Source: Patescibacteria group bacterium (GTDB lineage: Bacteria > Patescibacteriota > WWE3 > UBA101185 > UBA10185). Taken from it: a DNA stretch of 64,000 bases. The notes beneath the pieces were generated by a model. That model was not told the DNA's origin. It did no database searches and worked only from the letters and a program-made list of their open reading frames with translations. Positions 37,886 through 47,692 of this stretch are shown here, piece after piece. A program made the translations under genes and the position numbers. The stretch lies in contig JAHJEV010000003.1 in NCBI GenBank assembly GCA_018825365.1, positions 174,619 through 238,618 on the forward strand, given 5' to 3'. Position 1 is the stretch's first letter. Every line of letters begins with the position of its first letter.

Positions 37886-38749
37886 TTAATCATATAATAC
37901 TATTACTTTATCATAGCGTAAATCAATTCTTCTAATTGTCTTTTTCTCGGCAACTGACTTTTTGATTAAAGCTCCAACCGTCTTTAGGGATTGTTCAGTG
38001 TTTTTATCGTACCCAAGGTATACTTCGATACCACCGCCAACATAAATCTTTGAATATTCGGCGTAAAAACTCATATTGGTTACTTTTACCCCATTTCTCT
38101 CAGCGAATTTTACTATGTCCACACTAATCAGTGTTAATTCCTTATCCAAAAAACTCCCTACTTTTATATCCCCTTCATATTTAATCTTCGCTAAGCCTGA
38201 GTAGTTTTTATCAACAACCCCTAAAACATAACCTTCCGAGTCAATCAGGAAATGATTGTTATTTTCATTGTAAACAATTGCCAGCGGAACTCTTTCTTCC
38301 ACGATAATTCTTATCTTGTTGGGATATCTTTTCTCAACTTCAATTAATTTTGCTCCCAAAAAGTTTTTACTTAAAACCTCAGATAGACTTTTTTCACTGA
38401 TAACAAAAATTGATTGACCAAGAGAATCCTTCTCAGACAAGGTTCTTAGATCCTTTTCATTTACAAACCTCCCGGTTCCACTTATCAAAACCCCTGAGAT
38501 CGTAAAATAACTTAGAATATTAAATTTCCATACAACATACCCAAGCGCAGACACAAAAAGTGTGAGAAAGATAAGTTTTTTATATATTCCATGATGTTTT
38601 CTTAAGATAACTCCAGGTTTTTTCAGCCCTCTCTTTCTGCTGTTTATCTGATCAATAAGAGCGTCGCCTCCACTTGTCTGAGCAGATGGGGACATTTTAA
38701 ATGCCGGAATTTTTTTACTTTGCTTGGATTTGAATAATCTCATCCGCAA
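37886..38749 (-). CDS. ftsQ: cell division protein FtsQ/DivIB (POTRA)
   Basis: Single N-terminal TM helix then a POTRA-like region. Sits in the conserved position between murG and ftsA. Confidence 0.7.
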   Translation of the reverse strand: MRMRLFKSKQSKKIPAFKMSPSAQTSGGDALIDQINSRKRGLKKPGVILRKHHGIYKKLIFLTLFVSALGYVVWKFNILSYFTISGVLISGTGRFVNEKDLRTLSEKDSLGQSIFVISEKSLSEVLSKNFLGAKLIEVEKRYPNKIRIIVEERVPLAIVYNENNNHFLIDSEGYVLGVVDKNYSGLAKIKYEGDIKVGSFLDKELTLISVDIVKFAERNGVKVTNMSFYAEYSKIYVGGGIEVYLGYDKNTEQSLKTVGALIKKSVAEKKTIRRIDLRYDKVIVLYD

Positions 38750-39821
38750 TTAAACTCGCCGGATCTTCCTTAAGAAAGTCCAGCGCCGATTCATCATTAA
38801 GTTTGTACTTTGATAAATCCTTCAGCATTTCTTTTATCTTTTGCACTAAAATTTCTGGGTTCAAATTCCTTTCTTCAATAATTTCTCCCAGCCCATATTT
38901 TTTAAGCACCGACGCATTCTCAAACTGCTCGTTGTGAGATACCCAAGATATTGGAATCAAAAGACACGGCTTTTTAAGCGCAAGCAGCTCCGCTGTCGTG
39001 TGCGCTCCGCAGCGGGAGACAACTAAACTTGATCTAAGTAGGGCCTCCCCAATTTCTTCTTCAAAAACAAACTTTCTCAAAAACATTTTCCCTTCTACCG
39101 AATCTTCTATCTTTTTATACAAACCTTCTATAACATCGTGGTCATTAAAAATATAATTATCTCCACATTGAAGAATAACATTGCAAAAACCAAGTAAGTC
39201 AGAAAGACTTTGTTTCATAACCTCGTTTATAATATGGGAGCCTGTCTTTCCTTCTGATACATAAATTGTTGGAAGTTCACTATTTCCTTTAAAAGAGTCC
39301 GATTTTATTTGAAAAATACTTCTTCTTAGCGGAATACCTACAAACTTAACCTTTTTGCTTGGAAAAAACTTCGCTGACTGCTTCCAACTTATTAGGATTT
39401 TTTTCACAAACTTGGATATGAATCTATTCGAATACCCAGCAACAACAGTTTGCTCGTGGGTCAAACTTGGAATTTTCAAAAACCAACCTGCTGAAACAAC
39501 CGGGGCTGCAAGATACCCACCAAAAGACATAATTACATCGGGTTTTATTTTCAAAAGGTAATAAAACGCTTGGATAAAGCCTAAGGGTATTTTTACCCAC
39601 CTTCCAAAATCATATGTTTTGTACACTTTTCCTGCCTTTAGGTCAAAAAACGGGATGCCTAAAGCCTTAATTTCCCTGTATTCAAGAGTTGTGTTTTTAT
39701 CTCCTTTAGCAGAATATTTGTGGCCTACCCAAAAAAGCTTAACATCAGAAACTTTTTCCTTAAGTTTTTCTATTACCGGCAAGGCCGAACTGTGATGTCC
39801 TCCTGTTATTACTACTTTCAT
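38715..39821 (-). CDS. murG: undecaprenyldiphospho-muramoylpentapeptide beta-N-acetylglucosaminyltransferase
   Basis: GT28 N-terminal motif VVITGGHHSSALPVIEKL and a C-terminal UDP-binding region. Confidence 0.85.
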   Translation of the reverse strand: MKVVITGGHHSSALPVIEKLKEKVSDVKLFWVGHKYSAKGDKNTTLEYREIKALGIPFFDLKAGKVYKTYDFGRWVKIPLGFIQAFYYLLKIKPDVIMSFGGYLAAPVVSAGWFLKIPSLTHEQTVVAGYSNRFISKFVKKILISWKQSAKFFPSKKVKFVGIPLRRSIFQIKSDSFKGNSELPTIYVSEGKTGSHIINEVMKQSLSDLLGFCNVILQCGDNYIFNDHDVIEGLYKKIEDSVEGKMFLRKFVFEEEIGEALLRSSLVVSRCGAHTTAELLALKKPCLLIPISWVSHNEQFENASVLKKYGLGEIIEERNLNPEILVQKIKEMLKDLSKYKLNDESALDFLKEDPASLIADEIIQIQAK

Positions 39822-40981
39822 ATTTGTGAAACTTCATCTATACTAGCTAAAATCCCAAGGGCCATCAAACTAAAAACCATTGACGACCCACCATATGATA
39901 TCAAAGGAATAGGTACACCAGTTAAAGGAATTATTTTTGTCATCGAAGCCACATTAATCAAAAACTGTATTCCAAACCACGAACTTATACCGATTGCCAA
40001 AAGCTTTCCCAAAAGGTCTGGAGCTTTCTTGGCAACTATAAATCCACGATAGATAAAATAAAGATAAGCAAAAACAAGAAGCGTTGCTCCAATAAACCCA
40101 AATTCTTCCCCAATAAGTGCAAAAATAGAATCTGAGGCTACTTCCGGAAGGTATTGATACTTTTGTTTCGACTGCCCAAGTCCAACACCGGCTACTCCCC
40201 CCGAACCAAGCGCCACCAAAGCCTGTTTAACGTGGTAACTAGTCCCGCTTTCTGACGAATCACCTGAAAATAAGCTCATTAGTCTTTGTTTTCTGTAAGG
40301 AGATGTCATTATCACCGCTCCAACCAAGATCGACATAATGGGAACCATAATAAGAATTGGCTTAAGAGGGGCTCCGGAAACAAAGTAGATAATAGTTCCT
40401 AAAGCGAAAACCATCATCGCCGTACTCATATTTGGTTGTAAAAGTATCAAACCCGCCAAAAGACCTGAGATTACTATGTAAACCATAAACAAATCTTTTT
40501 TTCTCTCAATGTTTTTACTTAGTTGAATAGCTAAATACAGAACAATGGTAAGTTTTGCAAGCTCCCCTGGTTGAAAACCCAATACCCCAAGAAATGGAAT
40601 TGGTGGAAAAGGTGGTGGATTTAGAAAAAACCATCTATTCGCTCCGTTTATGCAAGGAGCAAAAGGCATTTTGTTAGAACACGGAAGTATCCCAGTTATA
40701 GCAAGTAGAATTAGGAACAATACATTTACAACAAATAGGATATAAGAAATTTTGGAAAGATTTCTATAATCAAATTTCAGAAAAGCAAATAAACAAACAA
40801 GTCCGACCGAAACCCACCCCAGTTGAAGAAGAACAAACTTATAAGGCTGGCCATACAAAGACTTGGATGTGATTACGGTTGAATTAGCAATCATCAAAAG
40901 TCCAAACCCCAAAAAAGCTAGAGTGATATAAAGCAAGGATCTGTCTTTAGGCTTCACTATCAAAACGTATTTTTTCTTCAT
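39818..40981 (-). CDS. ftsW: SEDS family peptidoglycan glycosyltransferase FtsW/RodA
   Basis: 10 TM helices. Conserved C-terminal SYGGSSM motif. Confidence 0.85.
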   Translation of the reverse strand: MKKKYVLIVKPKDRSLLYITLAFLGFGLLMIANSTVITSKSLYGQPYKFVLLQLGWVSVGLVCLFAFLKFDYRNLSKISYILFVVNVLFLILLAITGILPCSNKMPFAPCINGANRWFFLNPPPFPPIPFLGVLGFQPGELAKLTIVLYLAIQLSKNIERKKDLFMVYIVISGLLAGLILLQPNMSTAMMVFALGTIIYFVSGAPLKPILIMVPIMSILVGAVIMTSPYRKQRLMSLFSGDSSESGTSYHVKQALVALGSGGVAGVGLGQSKQKYQYLPEVASDSIFALIGEEFGFIGATLLVFAYLYFIYRGFIVAKKAPDLLGKLLAIGISSWFGIQFLINVASMTKIIPLTGVPIPLISYGGSSMVFSLMALGILASIDEVSQI

Positions 40982-40984
40982 TTT

Positions 40985-42085
40985 TTATAGGATTGCGATA
41001 AAAATACCTGCAAATGCAAACAGTATCCCAAAAAGCAGGAAACGGAGAGTTATCTTGCTCTCATGCCAACCCTTAAGTTCAAAGTGATGGTGAAGTGGAG
41101 CCATTCTAAGTAGCCTCTTTTTTGTGAATTTGTAAACAATCTGCTGAAGAGGACTTGAAACTCCGTCTACCAAAAATACAAGTCCCATGATCAAAAATGC
41201 CACTTCGCGGTGCATCACAACCGCCAATATTACCAGGATGGCCCCCAAAACATATGAACCGACATTCCCCATAAAAACTCTCGCTGGAAACACATTGAAA
41301 TACAAAAATGGAACTAGCGCCCCGACAAATGTGGCGCAAAACCCGGCTAGAGAGTTGTACCCGAGAAGTCTTGACAAAATCCAAAAAGAAACCAAACAAA
41401 CCAAGGAGAGACTTCCTGCCAAGCCATCAAGGCCATCCGTAAAAGCAACTGCATTCAAAATTACGATGAATAAGAAAAAAACAAATATCGGGTATCCAAA
41501 CCCGATATGAACATTTCCAATCAATGGGAACCAAATATAATCCCAACCTAACTTAAAATAAACCCAATATGACACAAAACCCGCAACAAGCCCTTGAAAT
41601 ATGAATTTGTGGTATGTTTTAATCCCACCCTCGTCAGAACTGCCGACGATTCTGGAAATCTCCTTGAAACCTTTCCAGATCCTCGAAAATATGGTTTCTC
41701 TCCCTTTGCCAGTAACCTTTTTCCTAAATAGATTTCTAAAATGATACTCAAAAAACCCCGGAAGACCTGATTTTCTATAAACTTTCGTAAAATCCTCCAG
41801 TAAACCCAAAAGTCCCGCCAGCGTTGCTATAAACAATGGAAATATCGTTTGGGTTCTTGATCTGTTAAAAACAAGGCTCACAATGGTAACGGACAACACA
41901 AACACCAAACCTCCCATTGTCGGGGTTCCCTCTTTTTTCTTGTGTGTCTCTGGGCCTTCAGTTCTTATGCTCTCTCCCATCTGGAATTTGTAAACAAAAT
42001 TTATCCAAATAGGGTAAAGTGCAAACGATATGAGACACGCCAAAAATAACAAAAGTAAATCTATCATTATTCCTACTGTTCCCAT
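40985..42085 (-). CDS. mraY: phospho-N-acetylmuramoyl-pentapeptide transferase
   Basis: FTDGLDGLAGS motif. Polytopic membrane protein. Confidence 0.85.
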   Translation of the reverse strand: MGTVGIMIDLLLLFLACLISFALYPIWINFVYKFQMGESIRTEGPETHKKKEGTPTMGGLVFVLSVTIVSLVFNRSRTQTIFPLFIATLAGLLGLLEDFTKVYRKSGLPGFFEYHFRNLFRKKVTGKGRETIFSRIWKGFKEISRIVGSSDEGGIKTYHKFIFQGLVAGFVSYWVYFKLGWDYIWFPLIGNVHIGFGYPIFVFFLFIVILNAVAFTDGLDGLAGSLSLVCLVSFWILSRLLGYNSLAGFCATFVGALVPFLYFNVFPARVFMGNVGSYVLGAILVILAVVMHREVAFLIMGLVFLVDGVSSPLQQIVYKFTKKRLLRMAPLHHHFELKGWHESKITLRFLLFGILFAFAGIFIAIL

Positions 42086-43398
42086 ATTTTTGCTCCTAGT
42101 GACTTAAGTTTATTTACAAAATTCTCAAAGTAATTTTCTATATTCTCAACTCCGATTATCTCGCTTTTTCCGTCCGCGCACAAAGAGGCGAGCAACAAAA
42201 CGGCACCGTCTCTAAAATCCTCTATTGTTAGTCTTTCTCCTTTAAGTTTCGATGGGCCAGAAATCTTGGCAACGGTTTTCGGCTCCCCAAGTTTCTCAAA
42301 ATCGTACGAATCGTCACTGATAATACAAGCACATCCGGATTCGCTAGGTTTAGTAAGCTCAATTTTTGCACCCATTCTATTAAGATCCATAACAAAGTTG
42401 AACCTATCTACGTAAACAGTGTCATGAATAGTGCTCTCACCTTCCGCCTGAGTCAAAACTAATGTAGCAGCGGACATCCAATCCGGCACAAAACCCGGCG
42501 TTGGCGAGACCTCTATGTTTACTGGTTGAATTGTCTCGTCGTTTCTCCAGACCTTCAACTCATCATTTTGAAAATCAAATCTTACCCCTATTTTGTTTAG
42601 AAAATTTACAAACTGAACCATCACATCCCTCTTGACTCCCTTTATTGAAATATTTCCTTTTGTTAAAACTGCAGCGACAGCAAAAGCAGCGATTTCTGCC
42701 TTGTCCGGGCAAACCTCAAGCTTTGCCCCTTTGAACATGTTCCCACCGATAATTTTGATTTTTCTTGGCTCTACTCTTTCGATATTTGCCCCCATTGCCT
42801 TAAAAAGATTAATCAAATCATCAACTTCGCACTCCTCGGATGCGTTAGTAATTGTTGTCTCGCCGGACACAAAAATCGAGGAAAGTATTGCGTTATCAGT
42901 TGCTGTGTGGCTGGAAGTTTTGAAAACAATATCCGCCGATTTCATATCTTCCCCTAAAAGAGTTATAAAATCTTCATCTTCTTCAATAAGCACGCCCAAA
43001 CTTTTCCAGGCATCAAAAAACCTATTCATGGGACCTCCACTAAAAGCACTCGGTTTGTATTTTGGTAAGACCGCCTTTCCGAACCTAAAAAGCAGGGGTC
43101 CCGCAAGAAGAACGATTGTTCTGTATTTCAAACCAATTTCTTTCGGGACTTCGTAAGAAGTTACACTTGCTCCATTTATGATCAAGGTGTTGTTACTTGC
43201 CCACTCAGCTTTCCCCCCAATGCTTTGAATTATTGAAATATCATCAAAAACGGATTTTATCCTTGGAACATTGGTTAAAACTACATCCTCATTAGAAAAC
43301 AATGAGGCATACATAAGTTTAATAGCAGAATTTTTGGCTCCTGAAACAGTCACACTCCCAGTAAGGGGGATGCCGCCTTCAACATTAATTCCAGGCAT
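42073..43398 (-). CDS. murA: UDP-N-acetylglucosamine 1-carboxyvinyltransferase
   Basis: N-terminus GGIPLTGSVTVSGAKNSAIKLMYASL. 441 aa, EPSP-synthase fold. Confidence 0.9.
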   Translation of the reverse strand: MPGINVEGGIPLTGSVTVSGAKNSAIKLMYASLFSNEDVVLTNVPRIKSVFDDISIIQSIGGKAEWASNNTLIINGASVTSYEVPKEIGLKYRTIVLLAGPLLFRFGKAVLPKYKPSAFSGGPMNRFFDAWKSLGVLIEEDEDFITLLGEDMKSADIVFKTSSHTATDNAILSSIFVSGETTITNASEECEVDDLINLFKAMGANIERVEPRKIKIIGGNMFKGAKLEVCPDKAEIAAFAVAAVLTKGNISIKGVKRDVMVQFVNFLNKIGVRFDFQNDELKVWRNDETIQPVNIEVSPTPGFVPDWMSAATLVLTQAEGESTIHDTVYVDRFNFVMDLNRMGAKIELTKPSESGCACIISDDSYDFEKLGEPKTVAKISGPSKLKGERLTIEDFRDGAVLLLASLCADGKSEIIGVENIENYFENFVNKLKSLGAKIWEQ

Positions 43399-43399
43399 A

Positions 43400-43618
43400 T
43401 TAGGATAACAAAACTATGGCGATGGAATTAAGTACTAAAAATACACCTAAAATTATCGTAAGTACAAAAACTCCCTTTTCGACTCCTCTTAAGGATCTGT
43501 ACATATTAAAGGACCCTTTAAGTCCGGAGGTTAAGCCCGCACTTTTTGATTGTATCAATACCAGAACTACGAGCAGGGCCGAGATTATTATTTGAGTTGT
43601 TTTACAGAACAAAAACAT
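43400..43618 (-). CDS. secG: preprotein translocase subunit SecG
   Basis: 72 aa with two TM helices. LVVLVLIQSKSAGL matches the SecG LLQ.GKG motif. Confidence 0.6.
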   Translation of the reverse strand: MFLFCKTTQIIISALLVVLVLIQSKSAGLTSGLKGSFNMYRSLRGVEKGVFVLTIILGVFLVLNSIAIVLLS

Positions 43619-43619
43619 A

Positions 43620-44060
43620 TTATTTTTTATTGTCGTTACAAAGACTTTCCAAAAATAAGTACACTAAAGATGTGGCCAGAGCAGAAAAAACAAGAGACAT
43701 CACGTTGTTTAAATCTTTAGAAGGTAAATTATAACCAAAAAGCGTAATCCCCGGAAGTGTGGTGGGTTTAAATGCAAAGGACGGCAGGACAATGGTAAGA
43801 ATATAAAAAAGTATCCCCGTTGTCAAAAAGGAAAGGAAGAAAAACAAAATGCCCCTATTGGGTAAAGATATGATTGCAAGAAGCGGTTTAATGAAAAGGT
43901 ATAAAATACTTACAGCTAAAATCAAAAGGCCTGTTGTTTTCCAATCACTCGCGCCAAAGTCAAAAGCCCCCATGAGTAAATAAGTGACGTACAAAGAAGC
44001 GGCAGTAAAAAGAAGGGTTCTAATTATCTTTTTCATAAGATAATTATACCTAAACTCCAA
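43620..44060 (-). CDS. hypothetical membrane protein (4 TM helices)
   Basis: 146 aa and hydrophobic. No recognised motif. Confidence 0.5.
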   Translation of the reverse strand: MEFRYNYLMKKIIRTLLFTAASLYVTYLLMGAFDFGASDWKTTGLLILAVSILYLFIKPLLAIISLPNRGILFFFLSFLTTGILFYILTIVLPSFAFKPTTLPGITLFGYNLPSKDLNNVMSLVFSALATSLVYLFLESLCNDNKK

Positions 44061-45405
44061 GAGACTTTCTTCTCAAAAGACTATGATATTTTTTTGCAAA
44101 TCTATGTGCCTCGTCACGCAGGTGAATAATTAACTTTAAACCTTCGTTATCTTTGGGTATAAAGATGTTTTTAAAGCCATCTTTTTGTTTAATAACCAAA
44201 GTCTCCTGTTTCTTAGTTATGCCAACAAAAGGAATCTGAATACCTAAATCTTTCATTACGCCGTCGCATGCAGATACCTGGGGAGCCCCTCCGTCCAAGA
44301 TAACAAGGTCCGGTCTTGGCCAACTCTTAGCCTTGCCATTTTTGGGAGTTTTAAATCTTCTTGAAAGTGTTTCGTACATCATTCCAAAATCATCCGGTGT
44401 ATTTTTAAACTTTATTTTGAACCTTCTGTACTGCCTCTTGTCTATCTTTCCACTACTTGCAACTACCATTGATGAAACTGCCTCCTTACCTGAAAGATTT
44501 GATACGTCGTAGCATTCAATTCTTTTTGGAGTAGTGGATAGACCCAGAAAATTTTTAATCTCTTCCAAAGCTTTTTTACTTATATCCTCTATTAAGTAAG
44601 GGTTGTTTATGTATTCGGACGCATCTTTGAAGTTTTGCGCTAAGTAATTAAATTTAGCTAGCAAATTTCTGTATTCCTTCGCTTTCTCATACTCTTGTGC
44701 CTCGGAGTGCATCTTCATTTTCTTATTAATATCAGAAACCAGTTTTGAAGACCCGCTCAAAAGAATCTTTTCGGCATACCCGATATCCTTTTTATACTTG
44801 GAAATAATATTTTCAGACGTGCAGGGGGCTGAGCAAAGCCCCAAGTGTCCATAAAGACAGGGTGCTTTTAGTTTTTCATACCTGGCAAACTTTGCGGGAG
44901 AACAGTCCCTGAAAGGAACTACTTTTCTTATTGTTCCAACAATATTTTTAACTACAGTGGAATTCGGAAAAGGACCAAAAGAAATATCTTTCTTTTCAAT
45001 CTGGGTTTTCCTTGCGGTAATTATTTTGGGAAGAATATACTTTTTCCCCGCAACATTTAGGTATTCTTTTCTTATTACTATGTAGATGTAAGATCTATCA
45101 TCTTTTAAAACTATGTTGTAATGAGGTTTGTATTTCTTGATCAATTCCGCTTCCAGTATTAAAGCTTCGAACTCAGAATCGACTTCTATAAATTCGAAGT
45201 CGTTAATCTTACGAACAAGAGCTGATGTTTTGGTACCACTTTCAAAATCGATTTTAAAGTAAGACCCTACACGAGACCTAAGGTTTTTTGCCTTTCCCAC
45301 GTAAATGACTTTCCCGTTTTTATCTTTAAAAATATACGATCCGGGAAGTTGTGGGAGACTTTTTAGCTTCTCTATCAGCTTTTCATCACAGGTTGAGGAT
45401 TTCAC
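44050..45405 (-). CDS. uvrC: excinuclease ABC subunit C (short form, 451 aa)
   Basis: N-terminal GIY-YIG (GSYIFKDKNGKVIYVGKAKNLRSRVGSYF). C-terminal RNase H-like endonuclease region. Appears to lack the C-terminal (HhH)2 of long UvrC. Confidence 0.8.
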   Translation of the reverse strand: MKSSTCDEKLIEKLKSLPQLPGSYIFKDKNGKVIYVGKAKNLRSRVGSYFKIDFESGTKTSALVRKINDFEFIEVDSEFEALILEAELIKKYKPHYNIVLKDDRSYIYIVIRKEYLNVAGKKYILPKIITARKTQIEKKDISFGPFPNSTVVKNIVGTIRKVVPFRDCSPAKFARYEKLKAPCLYGHLGLCSAPCTSENIISKYKKDIGYAEKILLSGSSKLVSDINKKMKMHSEAQEYEKAKEYRNLLAKFNYLAQNFKDASEYINNPYLIEDISKKALEEIKNFLGLSTTPKRIECYDVSNLSGKEAVSSMVVASSGKIDKRQYRRFKIKFKNTPDDFGMMYETLSRRFKTPKNGKAKSWPRPDLVILDGGAPQVSACDGVMKDLGIQIPFVGITKKQETLVIKQKDGFKNIFIPKDNEGLKLIIHLRDEAHRFAKKYHSLLRRKSLGV

Positions 45406-45428
45406 AAAGTTATTGTAGCATTTGAAAG

Positions 45429-47147
45429 ATGAAATTTATTTCCCTAACACTAAAGTGCATCTTTCTTTCACTGCTGCTTTCTGTTTACACAAAACTTGTT
45501 TTTGCGGAAAGCTACCAGTTCACAATAGATTACAACGTAAGCTACATAGTCTCTGAGGATGGGGTAACAAACGTCGATCAAAAAGCAACGATAACTAATC
45601 TCCTAAACGATGTGATACCGACAACCTATACCTTTACAGCAAAGTCAATGAAGATTTACGACGTCTCTGCAGTAACCAATGGAAAATCTTCCGAAGTAAA
45701 ACTTGAAGAAAAAAATGATGATACTTTAGTATCGGTGAATATAAAAGAATATGCGATAGGACAAGGAAGGCAAAATGAAATTGAACTTAAATATAAAACT
45801 CAAAGTATCCCGTCTCAATCAGGAAAAATTTGGAATATCTATATTCCAAAAATACAAATTTCTGAAACAACCTCAAAATATGATATAAAATTAACAATTC
45901 CCGCATCTTTCGGAGCAAAAATTTACCTCTCCCCTACTCCCACCAGCGAAAAAAGTGCGGGTAAAACCATTACTTATTTTTTTAATAAGGAAACATTTAA
46001 ATCTACAGGCATAACAGCGGCCTTTGGTGAGTATCAGCCGGTTAATTTTAAATTGAAATACCAGCTGAAAAATTCATTTATTATACCTCTATTCAAAGAA
46101 ATAGCTCTTCCACCCGACATTAAAAATGTTCAGGGAATAAGTTATCAAAGCATAAACCCCAAACCGTATAAAATTAAGGTCGACAAAGATGGCAACGCAA
46201 TAGCAACTTACATTCTTTCGCCGCTTGGAAAATTAGAAATAGAAGTTATCGGGACTGCAAAACTTTTCGGAAAACAAATTGATTCCGACTATGGAAGAAA
46301 CTTTACGGAAATTCCCAAGGATTTAATCAAAAAATATACAAAAGCAGAAAAATATTGGGAGGTCAATTCCCCATATGTCCAAAAACTCGCCTCGCAGCTT
46401 AAGGATGAAAAACTTAATGTTATCAAAAACGCACAGAAGATATACGACTTTATTACAAATAATTTAACTTATGACTACACTGCCTCTGAATCCGGCTTGA
46501 TTGAAAGAAAAGGAGCGGAGGTTGTACTTACTCAGAAAGGAAGCTGGACATGTATGGAATTCACCGATTTGTTTATAGCTACAGCTAGAGCAATGGGGAT
46601 ACCGGCCAGAGAGATGAATGGATATGCATTTGTCGGTAACGAAACCAACAAACCCCTATCCATCAGTTTTAAAGGAGGAGATTTGTTGCACTCGTGGGCA
46701 GAGTTTTACGATCCTTATTATGGCTGGATACAAATAGATCCCACATGGGGGACAACCTCAGGGATAGATTACTTTACAAAACTAGACACGGGGCATTTAA
46801 CTTTTGTTGTTAAGGGGATTAACTCTTCTTATCCTTTCTCCGCAGGGACTTATAGATTTCCTGATAATAAAGATGGGAAGTTAATAGATGTTGCTTTTTC
46901 ACAAAGCATTACCGAAGATAATTTCAAACCAAAAATCGAAGCAAAGAAAGTTTTTAACTGGAATATCATAAGAGCAATTGTGGGCCAGAAAAAGTATAAA
47001 GTAACAAACATAGGCAATGTTTTTATTTATAACCTAAACGGGCAAACTTTAGCACCGGGAACCTCAAAAAACCTTTATTTAGATAGAAATTCAAAGGCAA
47101 TTACGTACGAGAATTTAGGTGGAGCCACGGTAGTTTATCCACTTTAA
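45429..47147 (+). CDS. secreted transglutaminase-like (papain-fold) domain protein
   Basis: Signal peptide. Cys/His/Asp triad blocks: GSWTCMEFTDLFIATARAMGIPAR, LHSWAEFYDP and IQIDPTWG. Confidence 0.75.
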   Translation: MKFISLTLKCIFLSLLLSVYTKLVFAESYQFTIDYNVSYIVSEDGVTNVDQKATITNLLNDVIPTTYTFTAKSMKIYDVSAVTNGKSSEVKLEEKNDDTLVSVNIKEYAIGQGRQNEIELKYKTQSIPSQSGKIWNIYIPKIQISETTSKYDIKLTIPASFGAKIYLSPTPTSEKSAGKTITYFFNKETFKSTGITAAFGEYQPVNFKLKYQLKNSFIIPLFKEIALPPDIKNVQGISYQSINPKPYKIKVDKDGNAIATYILSPLGKLEIEVIGTAKLFGKQIDSDYGRNFTEIPKDLIKKYTKAEKYWEVNSPYVQKLASQLKDEKLNVIKNAQKIYDFITNNLTYDYTASESGLIERKGAEVVLTQKGSWTCMEFTDLFIATARAMGIPAREMNGYAFVGNETNKPLSISFKGGDLLHSWAEFYDPYYGWIQIDPTWGTTSGIDYFTKLDTGHLTFVVKGINSSYPFSAGTYRFPDNKDGKLIDVAFSQSITEDNFKPKIEAKKVFNWNIIRAIVGQKKYKVTNIGNVFIYNLNGQTLAPGTSKNLYLDRNSKAITYENLGGATVVYPL

Positions 47148-47208
47148 ACGTCTTATAGTTTGTGTTACAATGTCACAAAATAACTTTTCTGATGAGGAGA
47201 GAAAAAAC

Positions 47209-47421
47209 ATGAGCATGTGTTTAGGTACTCACAGTGACTTCGTTCACTTTATCGAAGCAGCTAGGGATCTTGAAATCAACGAATACCTTTTGTGGACTGT
47301 CCCCCTTGAAATAGAAATCTTGGATGCGGAAGAAAAAGCCCGGAAGAAATTTTCGGACGAAGAGTTTGTCGTGTCCTCAAGCTTTTCTAAGGGAACCGTC
47401 AAAGTCGAAAAAATCAATTAA
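47209..47421 (+). CDS. hypothetical small acidic protein
   Basis: The start is preferred at the Met preceded by SD GAGGAGAG. The ORF-track start at 47170 overlaps a TACAAT hexamer. No recognisable domain. Confidence 0.4.
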   Translation: MSMCLGTHSDFVHFIEAARDLEINEYLLWTVPLEIEILDAEEKARKKFSDEEFVVSSSFSKGTVKVEKIN

Positions 47422-47438
47422 ACTTAAGGGAGACGAAA

Positions 47439-47639
47439 ATGAAAACTGTAGGTACGATAAGTCAAATTAGGGCATTCATGAAAGGCTGCTCGCAAGATGA
47501 AACGTTCGCAGTTGCCGAAGAAGTTAACCCGGTGCAGTTCGAGGTACTAGTAGGAAGCATTGAGGAATCCGGAGATCTTACCGTACTGGAATATGATACC
47601 GAAGGTACCCCAAGAACGATCAATGTCCTATGTAGATAA
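47439..47639 (+). CDS. hypothetical small acidic protein
   Basis: 66 aa. SD AAGGGAGACGAAAATG. Followed by the terminator at 47654. Confidence 0.5.
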   Translation: MKTVGTISQIRAFMKGCSQDETFAVAEEVNPVQFEVLVGSIEESGDLTVLEYDTEGTPRTINVLCR

Positions 47640-47653
47640 ATAACAAAACCAAA

Positions 47654-47690
47654 GGCACCTTGAAAAAACAATCAAGGTGCTTTTTCTTTT
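47654..47690 (+). terminator. rho-independent terminator
   Basis: Stem GCACCTTGA / TCAAGGTGC (9 bp) with loop AAAAACAA, then TTTTTCTTTTT. Confidence 0.7.
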
Positions 47691-47692
47691 TC

